DNA of 64,000 bases from the human T2T-CHM13v2.0 reference genome, Homo sapiens, in the NCBI RefSeq assembly GCF_009914755.1, contig NC_060945.1; one strand, written 5' to 3'. Shown one piece after another: positions 1 through 13,619 of the stretch. Made by a program: the position numbers and the translations under genes. The stretch's first letter is position 1. Each line of letters starts with the position of its first letter. Below the pieces are notes generated by a model, which saw only the letters and a list, made by a program, of their open reading frames with translations, was not told where the DNA came from and searched no databases.

Positions 1-7
1 TTCTCAT

Positions 8-338
8 AGAGACAGGGTCTCAGGCTGGTCTGGAACTCCTGGGCTCAAGCAATCCTCCCACCTCTGCCTTCACTTCCCAAATAGCTGAGACCACAGGCAC
101 ATGCCACCACCATACCCAGCTTATTTTTTATCAGGTTGGTGCAAGAGTAATTGCGGGGTTTGCCATTGAAAGTAATGGCAAAACCCGCAATTACTTTTTG
201 TACCACCCTAATAATTTTTTGTGGAGACAGGGTCTTGCCCTGTTGTCTAGGCTGGTTTCCAACTCCTGGGCTCGAGTGACCCTCTTGCCTTGACCTCTAA
301 AAGTTCTGGGATTACAGACGGGAGCCACTGCACCAAGC
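8..338 (-). mobile_element. AluJ interrupted by MADE1
   Basis: gagacagggtctc...ctcctgggctcaagcaatcctccc...gggattacagacgggagccactgcacc. Confidence 0.8.
131..211. mobile_element. MADE1 (Hsmar1-derived MITE), palindromic
   Basis: tcaggttggtgcaagagtaattgcgg...ccgcaattactttttgtaccaccctaa; 81 bp; TA duplication at 129-130 and 212-213. Confidence 0.92.
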
Positions 339-559
339 TACTTTGTATAATTTTTAACATAAACATAAATATTTTGAGAAATAGATATGTTAATACCATT
401 GGAGGAAAATATATTGTAAAGTATACAATAGAAAAAAAATCAAGCAAAATACAACAAATACAACAAAAAATTATCAAAATTTTCAGAGGAACAGAACAAA
501 ATCTAGTTTTACAATCTTCAGAATTCAATCCCATTATAATAAACATATAAAGAAACATA

Positions 560-870
560 TTCAAAGAAAAAGGCAATCAATAGAGACTGACCTCGAGATG
601 ACCCAGATGTTGGAATTAGTGTGGATTTTTAAAGTAGTTATTGTAATTCTTACTAAAATCAAAACCCCAAAAACCCTTAAAATAAATGGATAGGAAATCA
701 CAGCAGAGAAGAAGAAACTACAATAATAACAAAGGCTTAAGTGGAAATTCTAGAAGTGAGAACCTTTTCAAAATTAAAAAATAATAATCAGTTGCTTTCA
801 GGAGCAGCTTGGAGGTGGTAAAGAGTCAATGAACCTTAAAATACAATTGAAATGATTCAATCTGAAAAAT
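560..870 (+). mobile_element. Old L1M fragment (ORF1 region)
   Basis: gagatgacccagatgttggaattag and ggaaattctagaagtgag are typical of old L1 ORF1. Confidence 0.55.
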
Positions 871-1459
871 GTGAGCAGTCATAGGTTGAGGTGAGGGAGC
901 TTTTCCTTTGGTTAGTGCTTTTAGGTAATCTTGGTTTTGATAAGATTACTACACTGATCCGTCAGGGGCATGCTAAGCCAGAGTTTAACTTGGTTTCAGT
1001 AGTGCTTTAAACAAAACTCATGATATCCTGTGTACAAGATGGAAGAAGAGTGGACCAGATGACAATATTTAGATGCAGTCATTCTTAACCTCCGTTGCTC
1101 TCCCAGTGGTCTAGCTGAGGTTTGTATAAAGTGGAATGGGAGGAATAGGGAAGGAGCCCCCACCTACCCTCTCCCCTTATCCACTTGTCCTCCTTCACTA
1201 GTGGATAAAGTCCACGGGAACAGGCAAGTTATTTTAAATCTGTATCTTCTGTTGTCAAGATCTGTAATCAGTTCTGCTCGCTGGACTGGGGACAGGAACC
1301 AAGGGAACATGAGGGTGAACGGGTTGGCATGGAGTCCAGGAACACACTGTGCCTACATGCAGAATATTTGTGCCAGGAAAGCCAGTCAGCAGGCAGATGG
1401 TCTCAGATACCAAGCTAGTGTTGGGAAGCCAGATTCAGTCTCTTGAAGGTGGTGTTCCT

Positions 1460-1635
1460 CATTCTGTGGTTTGTATCACTTGCTTCAGAATGACCTGGAG
1501 TACTTATAAAAATGCAAATTTTGAGCCCAATCCTAGACCTCCTAAGCCTGTATCTCTATGGATGGGTCTCAGTAGTCAATATTGGAAATGTGCAGGTCCC
1601 TAGGAGATGCTTATGCATATAGATTTGAACTGTTG
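1460..1635. mobile_element. MER5-type hAT-Charlie fragment
   Basis: tcagaatgacctggagtacttataaaaatgcaaattttgagcccaatcctagacct. Confidence 0.6.
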
Positions 1636-1694
1636 TGTTTAAGGGTTAGGGAGCTAGCAAAAGCAAGGAATAGACCAAGCCCTTGGGTGGGAAG

Positions 1695-1858
1695 GCTCCA
1701 TAACCTTGGCACTGTTAGCATTCTGGGCGGAACAGGATTCTGCCATATGCTTCGCAGCATCCCTAACCTCTACTCTCTAACACCGTATTCCAGTTGTGAA
1801 AACCAAAAATGTCCCCTGGGAGGCAAAATAGTCACCATTTGGGAACTGGAACCACTGC
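1695..1858. mobile_element. MER20 fragment
   Basis: aaccttggcactgttagcatt...agcatccctaacctctactc...cagttgtgaaaaccaaaaatgtcccctgggaggcaaaat. Confidence 0.7.
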
Positions 1859-2909
1859 TTTGTGGGATCAGAGTGGTTACTTTGTTCCGAATCCAAGGAT
1901 CAGAACACACGATGAGAGAAAGTCCAGCTATTGGAACTGGAGTGCCAAGTTGAAGCTAGATCTACAACAAAAGTTCCAAAAGCTCCTTTATAGGGCTGAT
2001 CCCATGCCTCAGCTACCTAGCTTGTACAGATGCCATGTAACTCTAGATTTGGTGACAGAAGGAATTTAAAGGCTAGAACTAGATAGGGTCTTTCAGGTTA
2101 GGCCAGCACACAACGTGGACTTTTGACATCATCCAGATGCTTGAACCAACCTCAGTCCTGAGGCAGAATTTCCCGTGGCATCTGATACACAGCCTGGCTT
2201 TGGAGCACTCACTGGGATTAGATGCCATGGGAATATCGTGTTTAGGAACTCTGAAAGAGACAGGCTTCAACAAAGCAGACCTAAGCAACACGTAGCGTCT
2301 GAACTTCTTTATCAGCTTCCATTCCAGGCCACGAGGACAAAAGCATCACATACATATCCACTGTGGCAAATCTGTCTTCAGTAGGGAGTTTCCCCAGTAC
2401 TACTCTCCCCTCTGTTCTGAGCCTACTTGCTCCTTTGTAATGTTTCCACTTTCTGTTCCACTCCCTAATAGATGATTTGTCTTCTCTGCCCAGCCCCCTA
2501 GTTCTGACATTTGGATTGTCTGTGATCTGGGTAGTACTTAGGAGGTAGAATCAAAGCCTTGTTGATTGGATTGGGAGTTTCTAACTTCCTATTAAAGGCA
2601 CTGATTAAGCATCTATTGTATAAAGTAAAGTAAGATTATGATCCAGTAAGAAAGATTCCACAAGTAGCGCAGGAAGAATTGGTTTCTAGTACACTTCATG
2701 CTTCAGGACAGGAAACCCAGAAAATAATTCTGTGGTACGTTAAGTGTGTACTGTAAGTTTCATTTTCATGTGAAAAACTGTAGTTAGCTAAAAAGTACAT
2801 CCATGAAGAATCCTGATTATACTTGTTTAATCCTGGTTAAACTAGCTACTAGCTAAACAATAATTTCACAACAACTCAAGAACTCTGTAAAAGCATTTCC
2901 CCTGAATAT

Positions 2910-2915
2910 TTTATT
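2910..2915 (-). terminator. Polyadenylation signal AATAAA of the FRG1-like 3' UTR
   Basis: tttatt on + strand, about 45 nt past the stop codon. Confidence 0.7.
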
Positions 2916-2958
2916 CAGAAAAAAACACAAAAAGATAAGGCAGAAACAAAAATCCCAG

Positions 2959-2995
2959 TCATTTGCAGTATCTGTCGGCTTTCAATTTGGTCCTC
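2959..2995 (-). pseudogene. FRG1-like exon 9 coding part, acceptor altered
   Basis: G AGG ACC AAA TTG AAA GCC GAC AGA TAC TGC AAA TGA (RTKLKADRYCK*); preceded by aacaa, not an AG. Confidence 0.9.
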
Positions 2996-4166
2996 TTGTT
3001 TAAACAAATAAAAATAGTAAAATTAATCTATGTAAAACATGCCATATATATTCAACTGCTACTAAATATAAAAAGCTATAAAACTGTGTGTTCAATTTTG
3101 GTTACTGTATTATCACAACACTTATATTAAAATATGTATACTTTTAAATTTGGTTTCTATAAAAAATGGATTATAATCCTATAAAAGTTATTTCCTAATA
3201 TTCAATAAATGTTGCCTAAGGGTTTTTTCTATCCAAATAGCAATTTTATTCCGGAATTTAAGGGTGCTCTAAATTTCCATTTAACAGGGTGAGAATGCTG
3301 TATTATTACAAGTGAGAAAAGTTACAGGACATAGAGTTTATTCCGTTTTAGAGTCCACATCCTGATTATATTTTTTATCCTCTTCTTGATTTCTTACAAC
3401 TAGATACATATTCACTTACTCAGCTGGAAAAAATTTGTAACATTATTTACTGACTTTACGTATGTACTCTACCAGCTAGTTAACAGGAAATATGTAATTA
3501 AACATTGCCTTTATCAAGTAATGTAAAAAAGGGTAAGAGTAACTTTGCAACATAGGACTTGAATGAGCAACTGGTGATGATCAAAATCTGGCACTTAATT
3601 GATTTATACTTGTACACTCACAGCTAAACGTCTCTACCTGTTTTTCTATGGTATAAATCTAGGACATTACTTATCTACATAGGAAGAATAATAAATATTA
3701 ATAATGTGCTATGATAAACATCCTGCACTCTTCCAAATCTTACAATAAAACTGCTTCAATTTCACTTGTTTAGCTTTTATATTTAGTTTGTTAGTTGATA
3801 TATGCTTATTTTAAGGAAGCTGAACTACTCTAACAGAATCCACATAATTTTTATATTAGCCAAACTGCTTCTTTCTAACTCTGGTTCTAATAGTTATAAA
3901 AAGATAATGATAAATTTATGAAGTAGATACAGTCAAACCTGAATTTCTTAAAGTATATACTTAGAATCGGTTATAATTTTTAGATATTCTTTGTTGACAG
4001 TCTTTTCCCAAACTCATGATGTCCTCTCTAGGTAATTTTGCACACTCATAAATTAGAAATGAAGACAAAAATGTGAAAACTACAGTAATTTAAGAGAATA
4101 TAGGTTTTCTACATGCCATTTCTATTGGCTACTGAAAACAGTGAAAATAAGTAAATAAATAGCTAC

Positions 4167-4277
4167 CTGTCCAGAAGCGTCTCTTGCAAAAATCCATCTT
4201 TCTGAGCCTTTTTAAGAATTTTACTGTCTTCTTTACTTATTTTAAGTTTGTGCTCTTGGAAGCTCTGAAATTTCTTT
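4167..4277 (-). pseudogene. FRG1-like exon 8 (open, splice sites intact)
   Basis: ttgcag|[39 protein letters not shown]|gtagct; 111 nt. Confidence 0.95.
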
Positions 4278-4386
4278 CTGCAAAGAAAATGTCTTCATTG
4301 AAAAGTACCTCAAACTCTGATTATACATATTTACTATTAAATTTATAAATACTGTTAATTTCTTTTTCACTTATTAAAAAAGTCTA

Positions 4387-4689
<303 letters not shown>

Positions 4690-5027
4690 CTAATTGTATT
4701 TTTTTTTTAATAAGCTGGAGCATTTGAACAACAAAGATGACTCTCGTGACCTCTCAAGAGGAGGGCTACTCATTGACTGGGTAGCAAAAGGCCCCACTTC
4801 TATTAGGGCATGCTGGCTGGAGTCCCCTGTGTCCTGGCCATAGCACAGCCTTTGACTGGCATCATGCCCATTCTATGAATGAATAGAGAGATTGACTAAC
4901 CCGAGTGACTAGCTTTGGGAGCTGGTAGGATGATTAGGAAAACTGAACCCTCAAGAAAAGAAAAGCATTTAGCTCAGTGCTCTGTCCCAGAGGCTACATT
5001 GTGTTGCCTCTTTTGTCCATCAGGTTT

Positions 5028-5185
5028 CATTTTTTCAGACAGGGTCTTGCTCTGTCACCCAGGCTGGAATGCAGTGGTGATCAGAGCTCACTGGGGCCTT
5101 GAACTCCTGGGCTCAAAGAATCCTCCTGTCTCAGCCTCCCGAGTAGCTGGGCCTACAGGCATGCACCACCATCCCCAGCTAATTA
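5028..5185 (-). mobile_element. Alu monomer (FRAM/AluJ right arm)
   Basis: agacagggtcttgctctgtcacccaggctgg...cccagctaatt. Confidence 0.8.
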
Positions 5186-5261
5186 GGTAATTTATTTTGA
5201 AAGCACTTTGAGAAGCACTTCACTGTCAAATCCGTAGGTCTAAAAGGAAAAGCATACATAC

Positions 5262-5353
5262 ACATAATTGATTTCACATTGTTTTACATTTCCTTTGTCT
5301 TCTTCTGGAATGTCATCTTTTTTCTTGGTTTCTCTTTCAGCACAGGATCTAAT
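5262..5353 (-). pseudogene. FRG1-like exon 7 (open, splice sites intact)
   Basis: tctag|[32 protein letters not shown]|gtatgt; 92 nt. Confidence 0.95.
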
Positions 5354-7404
5354 CTAGATATTGGAAAAGAGAATCCAATGGGTTATATGTTTATCTTCCA
5401 CTTTCCCCACTTTACGTATCACATAAGAACATTCGAGATGATTTCTTATGCAGAAGAAAAAATTAACTGAGCAACTATATTCAGAAAAAGACAGGTTCTG
5501 GCTATGTGTTTTTACTTCATATATATAATCTATATGAGTAAGTGCTATCACATGCTTCCTCCGCAGCCCTTGTGTCAGAAACACTACAGACAAAATTATT
5601 TCAGAAACATTTTACACATCAGATCCTGCTAGGCAATAAAGCAATCATTAATTTAGTTTTGTCCTCCAAGTGAATACACTAGGATCAAATTATCCCTAGT
5701 AGACAAGTGTTCATTTGATCAGATTGAAAGCTTAATAGCTATTTTACGTTGCACAGACTATTACCAAAGTATTAAGATTTTTAACATTACACAACTTGTT
5801 TTTAATTAATTGGAACCCACCTCTTTTACAAGCTTCTTATATCCTCCTAAGTTTGGATAGCTGTTTACTATCACATGTCATAAGTTAATTGATCTGCATT
5901 CAACAATTAGGATCGCCCACAGAACAGGCAATTGGCAATGGTAATGACTCATGTCTCTTAAGGGATCTCTGTGGCCAGATTCCAGTTCCAGGGCTGCTTA
6001 GAAAGTGATGACAAATAACGTGTTTGTGCCAATGACATCTTTGTGACAGTTTTGATTAGAGGGGTCCCAGACATGAAAACATTCCCTGCTAGGGCCTGTA
6101 GGACAATGCTACCTTTAGTAAGAGGGATGTGTGTTCTGGTAGACAAGGCAAGGTCATAAAGGTGAAGGACTGACAGAGATTAGGAAAGCCTGCAATTAAA
6201 TGGTATGAAAAGAGTCCTAAGTAATCACTGTTCAGAGTTTCCAAGTACTTGACTAACCAAAGAGACCCAGAAAACTTTGTATTTCATCAGAAAATTTCTT
6301 TAAATAGTGAAAAACGCAATCTTTGTGTAAGTATCTTTGTATCTTTGTATAAGTGCAAAACACTGCACATATATTTCCAATTGTTGCCTTCAATAACACT
6401 TTTGTGATGATATCCAGATGAAAAATTTAAACATGATACAATAAAATATAAATAAGTAAAATTAAATGTAAGTCACAAACCCATCTGCATTTCCTCAACG
6501 GCCTGTTTCCTGAGAAGCAATGTTCTATGAAATACTGAGAGTGGCCTCTGGAGTCAGCTGGGCCTGGGTACACATCCTGTCTTACCACATCTTGAAATCA
6601 CTGTGATTTCCATGAACTGACTGACAAAAACAATGAGGATGTAAGGAGGGTCAGAGGCTGTCTTCCTGTCTGTAAGGCTGAGCTCATATCCACCTCACAG
6701 GAGCATTATGGAAATTCAAGACTACAACTTATGTGCCGGATGCATGCAACGAAAAAATATAACATTTCACTTCTCTAACTGTAAGAAAATACCTACATTT
6801 TAGAATGAAATTGTTTGAGCTTTAGATTTGAAATTATCTGAAATCAAGACTATTCTAAAAAGAAAATCAAACATGACCGGAAATCTAAAATGAAGCACAC
6901 ACAGAGAATTGATAGATGCTTTTAAATTACACTGGTAGTAGAGAAAAATGTAACATAAATTTTTATGCTCTAATTATAAGAACGAAGGGCATTTTAGAAA
7001 AGGCATTTGTCCCCTCTCTTAGAGCCTTCCACTCTGGCCCCTACAATGCCTTACAGAGCAAATCCGGGTCAGACTGGATGCAACCTGTGATTCCCAACAG
7101 AGACAAACAAAGCAAGGTTCAGGATGCTCAGTACTGCGATGGAATGCCAAGACACAGAAAAGCCATGTGTCAAGAAGGCGGGAGTTATTCTTTAGACACA
7201 CCCTGGTATATGTTTATCATTAAAGATCAGTGGCTTTTGTGAGTCTAAAAAATTAAGCCTTAAATGTTTTCATCAAATTCCAGTTAACTACCTGATTTAT
7301 CTAGGTTATATTAACAGTATTATTTAGAATTTCACCTTGATATGAAGATGTCTGTGTAACTTTTACAATGATGTAAAACAAAGAGTAGGATTAGGGAGGG
7401 CACA

Positions 7405-7444
7405 GGCCACTGGTGCAATGGATAACGCATCTGACTACGGATGA
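7405..7444 (+). pseudogene. 5'-half tRNA-Arg(ACG) pseudogene fragment
   Basis: ggccactggtgcaatggataacgcatctgactACGgatga matches the 5' half of tRNA-Arg-ACG (GGCCAGTGGCGCAATGGATAACGCGTCTGACTACGGATCA); T-arm and 3' acceptor strand absent. Confidence 0.8.
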
Positions 7445-7689
7445 GGGAATTTAGCCTGGAATAAGGAACTTTTATTTCCAGCTTAGTGATGCACACAAAT
7501 TTTCAAAATAAAATAAAAATCATGTTTTATGTGATTCCTGTTTCTCCTAATGCAAAGATGATGGGTACTATTACTAAAAATATTTTTAAAATGTAAGGGC
7601 TAAGGCCCCAGAAGTTCTGCTATGATTTTTTATGTTTCATAGAGTGATTATCATCACAGAAGCTCAAGCATTATGTAAATACAAACACA

Positions 7690-7990
7690 TATACTCCGAC
7701 CTGGTAATTCTGATTCCGGAAATTTATCTTCAGGTCCACCCGCACATCCACAAATTGATGCATATTCAATGTTATGTACCGCAGCACTGTTTATAAGAGC
7801 AAAAGACTGGAAACAGCCTAAATTTCCATCTATAAAAGACTAAATAAATTAAGGTATAGCCCTAAAATGGAATATTATGTGGCTGTTAAAAAAGAGAAAG
7901 AGAGAAAAAGCAAGAAAAAGAGAAAACTTTCTACATTCAAACTAATAGTAGAAAACTCTCCAAGATACAATTTTAAGGAAAAAAAAATCA
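7690..7990 (+). mobile_element. L1ME-type 3' fragment
   Basis: gcagcactgtttataagagcaaaagactggaaacagcctaaat...atggaatattatgtggctgttaaaaa. Confidence 0.65.
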
Positions 7991-8537
7991 AAGTCAAGAA
8001 GACGATAGAGGAGGCTGCCTTTAGTGTAAAACAGTTGAAAATTATAAATATACTCATATGTTTATAAAGAAATTTTAGGAGGCTATAAAAAAACAAAACA
8101 AAGGGAAAGAGGAACAGGACCTGGGACACAGGTAAGATGCATGGCAGGCATATGTCTTCATCTTCATATGCTTTTATTTAAAAATGTTGGACCACATGTA
8201 CATGTTATTTATTTTAAAAATTAGATTTTAAAATACAAACAAGAAAATAAGAAAATGAAAGTTTAAAAAGAGTATGTGGAACTACCAGAAAAAGATACTA
8301 ATCCATGGAGATAGTGGCACGGTAGCTCCTAGATGCACTGATTTCTCTACCACATTGTAGAAACAAGCCATCAACTATGAGATTTGTAATTAAAAATGAG
8401 TCTATTTGAAACACCACATTATAAAAAGCTATTAAGTAAATCTTTAAAGTGACAGTAAATGATGACTTAACATTTTAAAGAGATACAGTCATATTGCATG
8501 TGTGAATGCAGTCATCTGTATAAAATGTCATCGTTAC

Positions 8538-8642
8538 CTTGATCATTTCTTCTTCTCCTGCTGTTTTACTTTTTGCTTCTATGTCCCCTGCTTCATTGCA
8601 TCTAATAAAGCAGCCATTTGAGGCCAACAAAGCCATTTTCCC
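8538..8642 (-). pseudogene. FRG1-like exon 6 (open, splice sites intact)
   Basis: cttag|[35 protein letters not shown]|gtaacg; 105 nt. Confidence 0.95.
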
Positions 8643-10881
8643 CTAAGTGAAAGAAAATAACAAAATAGCCATGAGGATACTTCCTGTGGAAAAAACATTA
8701 AGTGTTTAGACTGAATTAATTTTTCCTCCCTGATTTAAAAATCACAGAAAAGAACTTAGAGAAAAACCTGAAAAATATAATATAAGAACATATAGAAAAG
8801 GAAACCAAAATCACCTTTCATTTTACTATTCAAAGATTACCACAATAAACATTTGTAGTGTATCTTCCTAGTAGGATTGCTTCCTTTCTAAAAGATCTAC
8901 TGAAGATAAAACTGATTTAGTTCTGCTTGGAAAATCAACTTCAAAGACAAGAACATAATTATGAATGCATACTTTATTCAAATATTAACAGTTTAAGTAA
9001 AATTTATTTTCTTCACAATTAGAAAACATGAAAAGGTACATATAATGACTTTGGTGTTTTGAATTTAAGAATCAATGTCTGAGGGACCCTTGTGTGTGAA
9101 AATAAATATTCATATACATTTTTAGTTGTTTAATGTTTGATGTATTACACTGGTTTCTATTAAACAAAACTTTAAAAACTGATTTTCTTGTGTATTTAAA
9201 TCTGGGTTATAAATTTTGTTAGCTTAACTCCCGTACCAAATATAACGTTTATTTATAACTTCTTTTTGGTTGATTCTTTTGGAAAACCTGGAATATCATA
9301 ACATTTAGACAAAATATTTATAAATAAAATGATTACAAAATATGTTAAACTTATATCACATCCAGTTAAAAACGTGCTGATAACATGGATTTAATTTCTT
9401 AGTCAAGTCACAAGGGCTGGGAGGTCTCTCATCTGGATGGCTCCTGGTGAGCCCTGGAACATGGCGGTGTGGTCCAAGGCGATTTAAACCTGTGCCACAG
9501 ATTATTCAGCTGAGTCCTTTTTGCAATAGATTTTTAAGACCCTCTTTCATTCAAATTTAAATTTTTGAAGCTTAGTGTCCTTCCTAAAAATAAAATGAAA
9601 TGAACTTTCCTAAAGTGTTGTATTATTAGTGCTATCTAAGTCATCATCCTGGCCTTATGAAATATTGGCATTTTCTACTGGTGTAACTTTTATTAGAAGC
9701 ATCTCATCATAACTAGTAGGACATCTCAAAGGGGTTGCAACACATTAGCAAGTAATGAAATCAATGTATTGTTTCCTCAAGGGTATTGGGTGGGTGGGGG
9801 GGAAAAGGAATACACACAGACACACAGAGAAAGGGGTAAAAGAGAATACAAAATATCAAGGTGCATAACACATGGATAAGTAAGTATTGTTAAGTACAAC
9901 TCTTGCTTCAGTTATACATATGTTTGTGCTGGGCTGGCAATGTAAAAATGCATTTCTCAATGGATTGGGTCAAAATAGTTTTCAAGTCACTGACTTAAGA
10001 TTTTATCCTGGGGGATGACGAAATTAGTCTAAGTGATTACCTCTTTCTGGTGGGATGTTTGTTTAATCTGTCATCTTAGAAAACACTGCTGTGTTCCTAT
10101 TTTCAGTTCATTATTGTATACTACCAAAGCTGCTACTCAAAGGCTGAGCTTATCTTCTATTTGCTTGTTCTGCGTGGTGCCCACTGGTCCTTACTGTTTT
10201 TGATATAGTTATCTACTTTTTAAAGACAGTTTAGCACTCACATATTTTTGTTCAATCTTTACTTCTCACACAAACAGAAAAAGGAAATTATGTATTCTGT
10301 ATCAACAAAGATTTAACAAAACATCCGTATACTACAACTGTCTACTTACTAAAATTGAGAATTAGTATATTATCTTTTTTCTTCTTATATTAAAACTATC
10401 TTTTCATACACTATTTTAAGCTTATGAGCTGAAAATCTTAGAGATAATTTACTTCAGTGAACTATTATTATTTATATTTTATATGCAAATTGTCACAACT
10501 TGGTCTTAGCTAGCTCCACTGTTTGCTTGCAGTCTGTAATGTTTCTGAAAGCATGCATGATTTCTGCTACAAAGAAGATACTTATGAACTATTCTGTTTT
10601 CCTACTCTGTGACCTAAAATTGACTGGTTCTTTAATGGAAATGAGATCCATATCTAGGCACTAAGGGTATAGAGAAATAATTGTGGGCAAAAGTACTAAT
10701 GCGATTTTTGTTGCACTGTATTTTGAGATCTCTTTAAGGCTCTATGTTCTTGCTGGTTTATTCCAATTTAATGTATTACACTATTGCATCCTACTTTTTC
10801 TTTTTAAATATATTATGATTGACTGTTACAGACTTTGTGTGAAACTGACAGGAAGTTTTTATAAACAATAACAGCACTTAG

Positions 10882-10996
10882 GTTTTGAAAGACTGGTTCC
10901 CATTGTTCTCTTGGTCCAATTGCATCTGAATGCCCAACAACAAGTTCATCTGAATTTATACCAAGATATTTTCCATAGCCAGATTTCAGGGTGATT
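10882..10996 (-). pseudogene. FRG1-like exon 5, donor GT>CT
   Basis: gtacag|A ATC ACC...: [38 protein letters not shown]; 115 nt; followed by CTAAGT rather than GTAAGT. Confidence 0.93.
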
Positions 10997-11140
10997 CTGT
11001 ACATTAATAAGATGGACAAAAGTTAAAAACTGAGAGAAAATTAATTATAGGACATCAAAACAGGACATGTGTATGTGTGTGGGTGTGTACATATCTAAAG
11101 TTTCAGACTGGACATATTCCAAGTGTTCAAAAGATGCATG

Positions 11141-11437
11141 TGGCTGAGTGGTGACTCACTCCTGTAATCTTTGTGCTTTGGGAAGGCAATGGGAGAATTG
11201 CTTGAGGCAAGAAGTTCAAGATCAGCCTGGACAACATAGTGAGACCCCATCTTTACAAAAAATTTAAAAAGTTAGCTGGGCATGGTGGTGTGCATATGTA
11301 ATACCAGCTACTTGGGAGGCTGACACAGGAGGAGTGCTTGAGCCCAGAAATTTGAGGTTATAGTGAGCTATGATCACACCACTGCCCTCCAGCCTGGGTG
11401 ACAGAGTGAGACTCTGTGCCTTCAAAAAAAAAAAAAA
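11141..11437 (+). mobile_element. AluJ
   Basis: Diverged dimer with gagctatgatcacacc and poly(A). Confidence 0.88.
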
Positions 11438-12782
11438 GCTACATGTGACTAGTTGTGGCCATATTGGACAGTAAAGTTTTAAATTTAGTTTTATATTTTG
11501 CTTTTTTAATATAAACATGGTACCTTATTTATTACATAACAAATATTTTCAAAATTCATCATTCTTCAATTATACCTCTTTAGTTATAAATTTCAATAAT
11601 AAATTACTAAAACTTTATGTCATCAAACTGTTTTCCAGAAAATGCTGCTTCCATTTACATTCTTACCTCAAATTAACGGAGTATGTTTTGTATCATGGAT
11701 TTTTTTTAAAACATTATGACTCTAAAAAAATACTTGAAAACCTGATATGGAAAAAAACAGTATCCTATTAATTTGCATTTTAGTAGTTAACTAGAATAAC
11801 AATTGTTTCTCTTTTCCTTTCCTTTTTAGTTTTTAGATTATCTGGTAATGTCCTTGTCCATTTTTCTATTCAGATCTGATTGTTCGCAATTTTCCTACTG
11901 GGTTCTTCAGTGCTATGAATTCTATACAAGATACATATGAAGAGTAAGAACTCACTGCCTATTAAGATTGTTGCAAATATTTTCCTCATTTGTCAGTTTT
12001 CTTTATAATCCTTTTTTGTTTATAATTGTAAAGCAGTTTAAAACTATTGAATTTTTCTTCCTCTGCTTTTATTCTGTCTTTCACCCTACTTATCAGACTT
12101 TCAAAGAAAGTATAGAAATAATCATCTTAATGTGATTTTTTAAAATTATGATTTCTTTTACCTTACCAAGAATTTCCTCGGATGCCAGAATTGACTTTTA
12201 CTCCTTTATACGTTAATGATTATATAACAGAAATCATTATCATGTTGATGTAACCAATTACTAAAATATGTAAATTCACTTTCAGTATCTTTTACCCAAA
12301 GAATCATTCTATACTTCTGCACAAGGTGAGAATAAAAAAGGTTACTTTATAAAATGACTGTAAAAATAGTGAGTAAAAATATTCTTTTGTTTGTTATGAT
12401 GCTGTAACATTCTCTGCTGGTTTCAACAATATTCCTTTTTTTAGTCTTCCTGTTTGTCTTTAGACTTCCAAACAGTGAGTTTAAATATCATAGCAACAGT
12501 GAACAAGGTTTTGTAGTATTTGATTTATTTTTTAATCTATCTTACTTGGTGTGTGAAATTATTAATCTTCATTTTTTAACTTACATATCTTTCTTCCAGC
12601 CTAGCATTATATATTGATAGGAAATCCACTAAAAGTAGATCACAAAATCTACTTTTCAAAAAAGCTATTTCATTTTTTATATCAAAATTACCATGGGTTT
12701 AAGACAGATACTAAAAATTTTAATGAATACAATTAAATTTTTAAAATAACTGGTTACTAATTATATTACAACATAAGCTCAC

Positions 12783-12840
12783 CTGGAATCAGATAATTTG
12801 ACAGCCATAAACTGCTCTGGAGGACTAGGGCCCTCATCAA
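12783..12840 (-). pseudogene. FRG1-like exon 4, acceptor AG missing
   Basis: DEGPSPPEQFMAVKLSDS; 58 nt; preceded by ...ttctccaata (no AG); donor GTGAGC intact. Confidence 0.92.
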
Positions 12841-13619
12841 TATTGGAGAAAAAAACATTTGAAAATAAATTTGACATTTGCTATAAATATAAAGACATTA
12901 TTTTGCTTTAAAAATGTTGCTATTTTCTTCTGCAATTAAATGTAAGAATATTCAGATATACTGATGTCACTGTAATACTGTATCTTTGGAATCAAGATCT
13001 ATTTTACCTTCTTTTAACTACAGTGCTAATTTTATACACTGAGTAAGACAGGGTGATATAATGCTTATTTAATAACTTTCGAGATAGCTTCTCTTTATGT
13101 TTTAAAATACAGTCATAAATAAGCACTTATTTAAAAAAGCTAAATGCTTTCATTTATTCAATGGATGGCCTTGCTGACCAAATGATACTGCTTTTTATCT
13201 TCTAATTATTTCGTATCTCATTAGTGCTTCCTCTAATGGGCTAAAGAAAATGAGGAAACTTCAAATTGTTAAATGCACCCAGGTTAGTTTTGGTAATAGG
13301 TCTGAATAAAAAAGAAATTCAAACATGTTTGACTCAAATAGGTTTTCTTTTTTCTTTCCACTTACTATTTTAATTATTCATATTGTTTTGATTTCCAAAG
13401 ATACTCTTCTGGAACTATATGGAATGTTTTCAAATGCTTATATTAGAAAGAGGGACTTGCCAACGGCTAGTAAATATTAAGGAATTAAAAAAATGGACGA
13501 GTCAAATGCAATGGTTCCATTCCTTTGGAAAATGTTTGAGACTAGTTAGAGTTTGGCCTAAGTGAATGAATGTCCTAAAATCTACACTTGTGGCAGGATC
13601 TTCCCTTCCAGACACAAAC

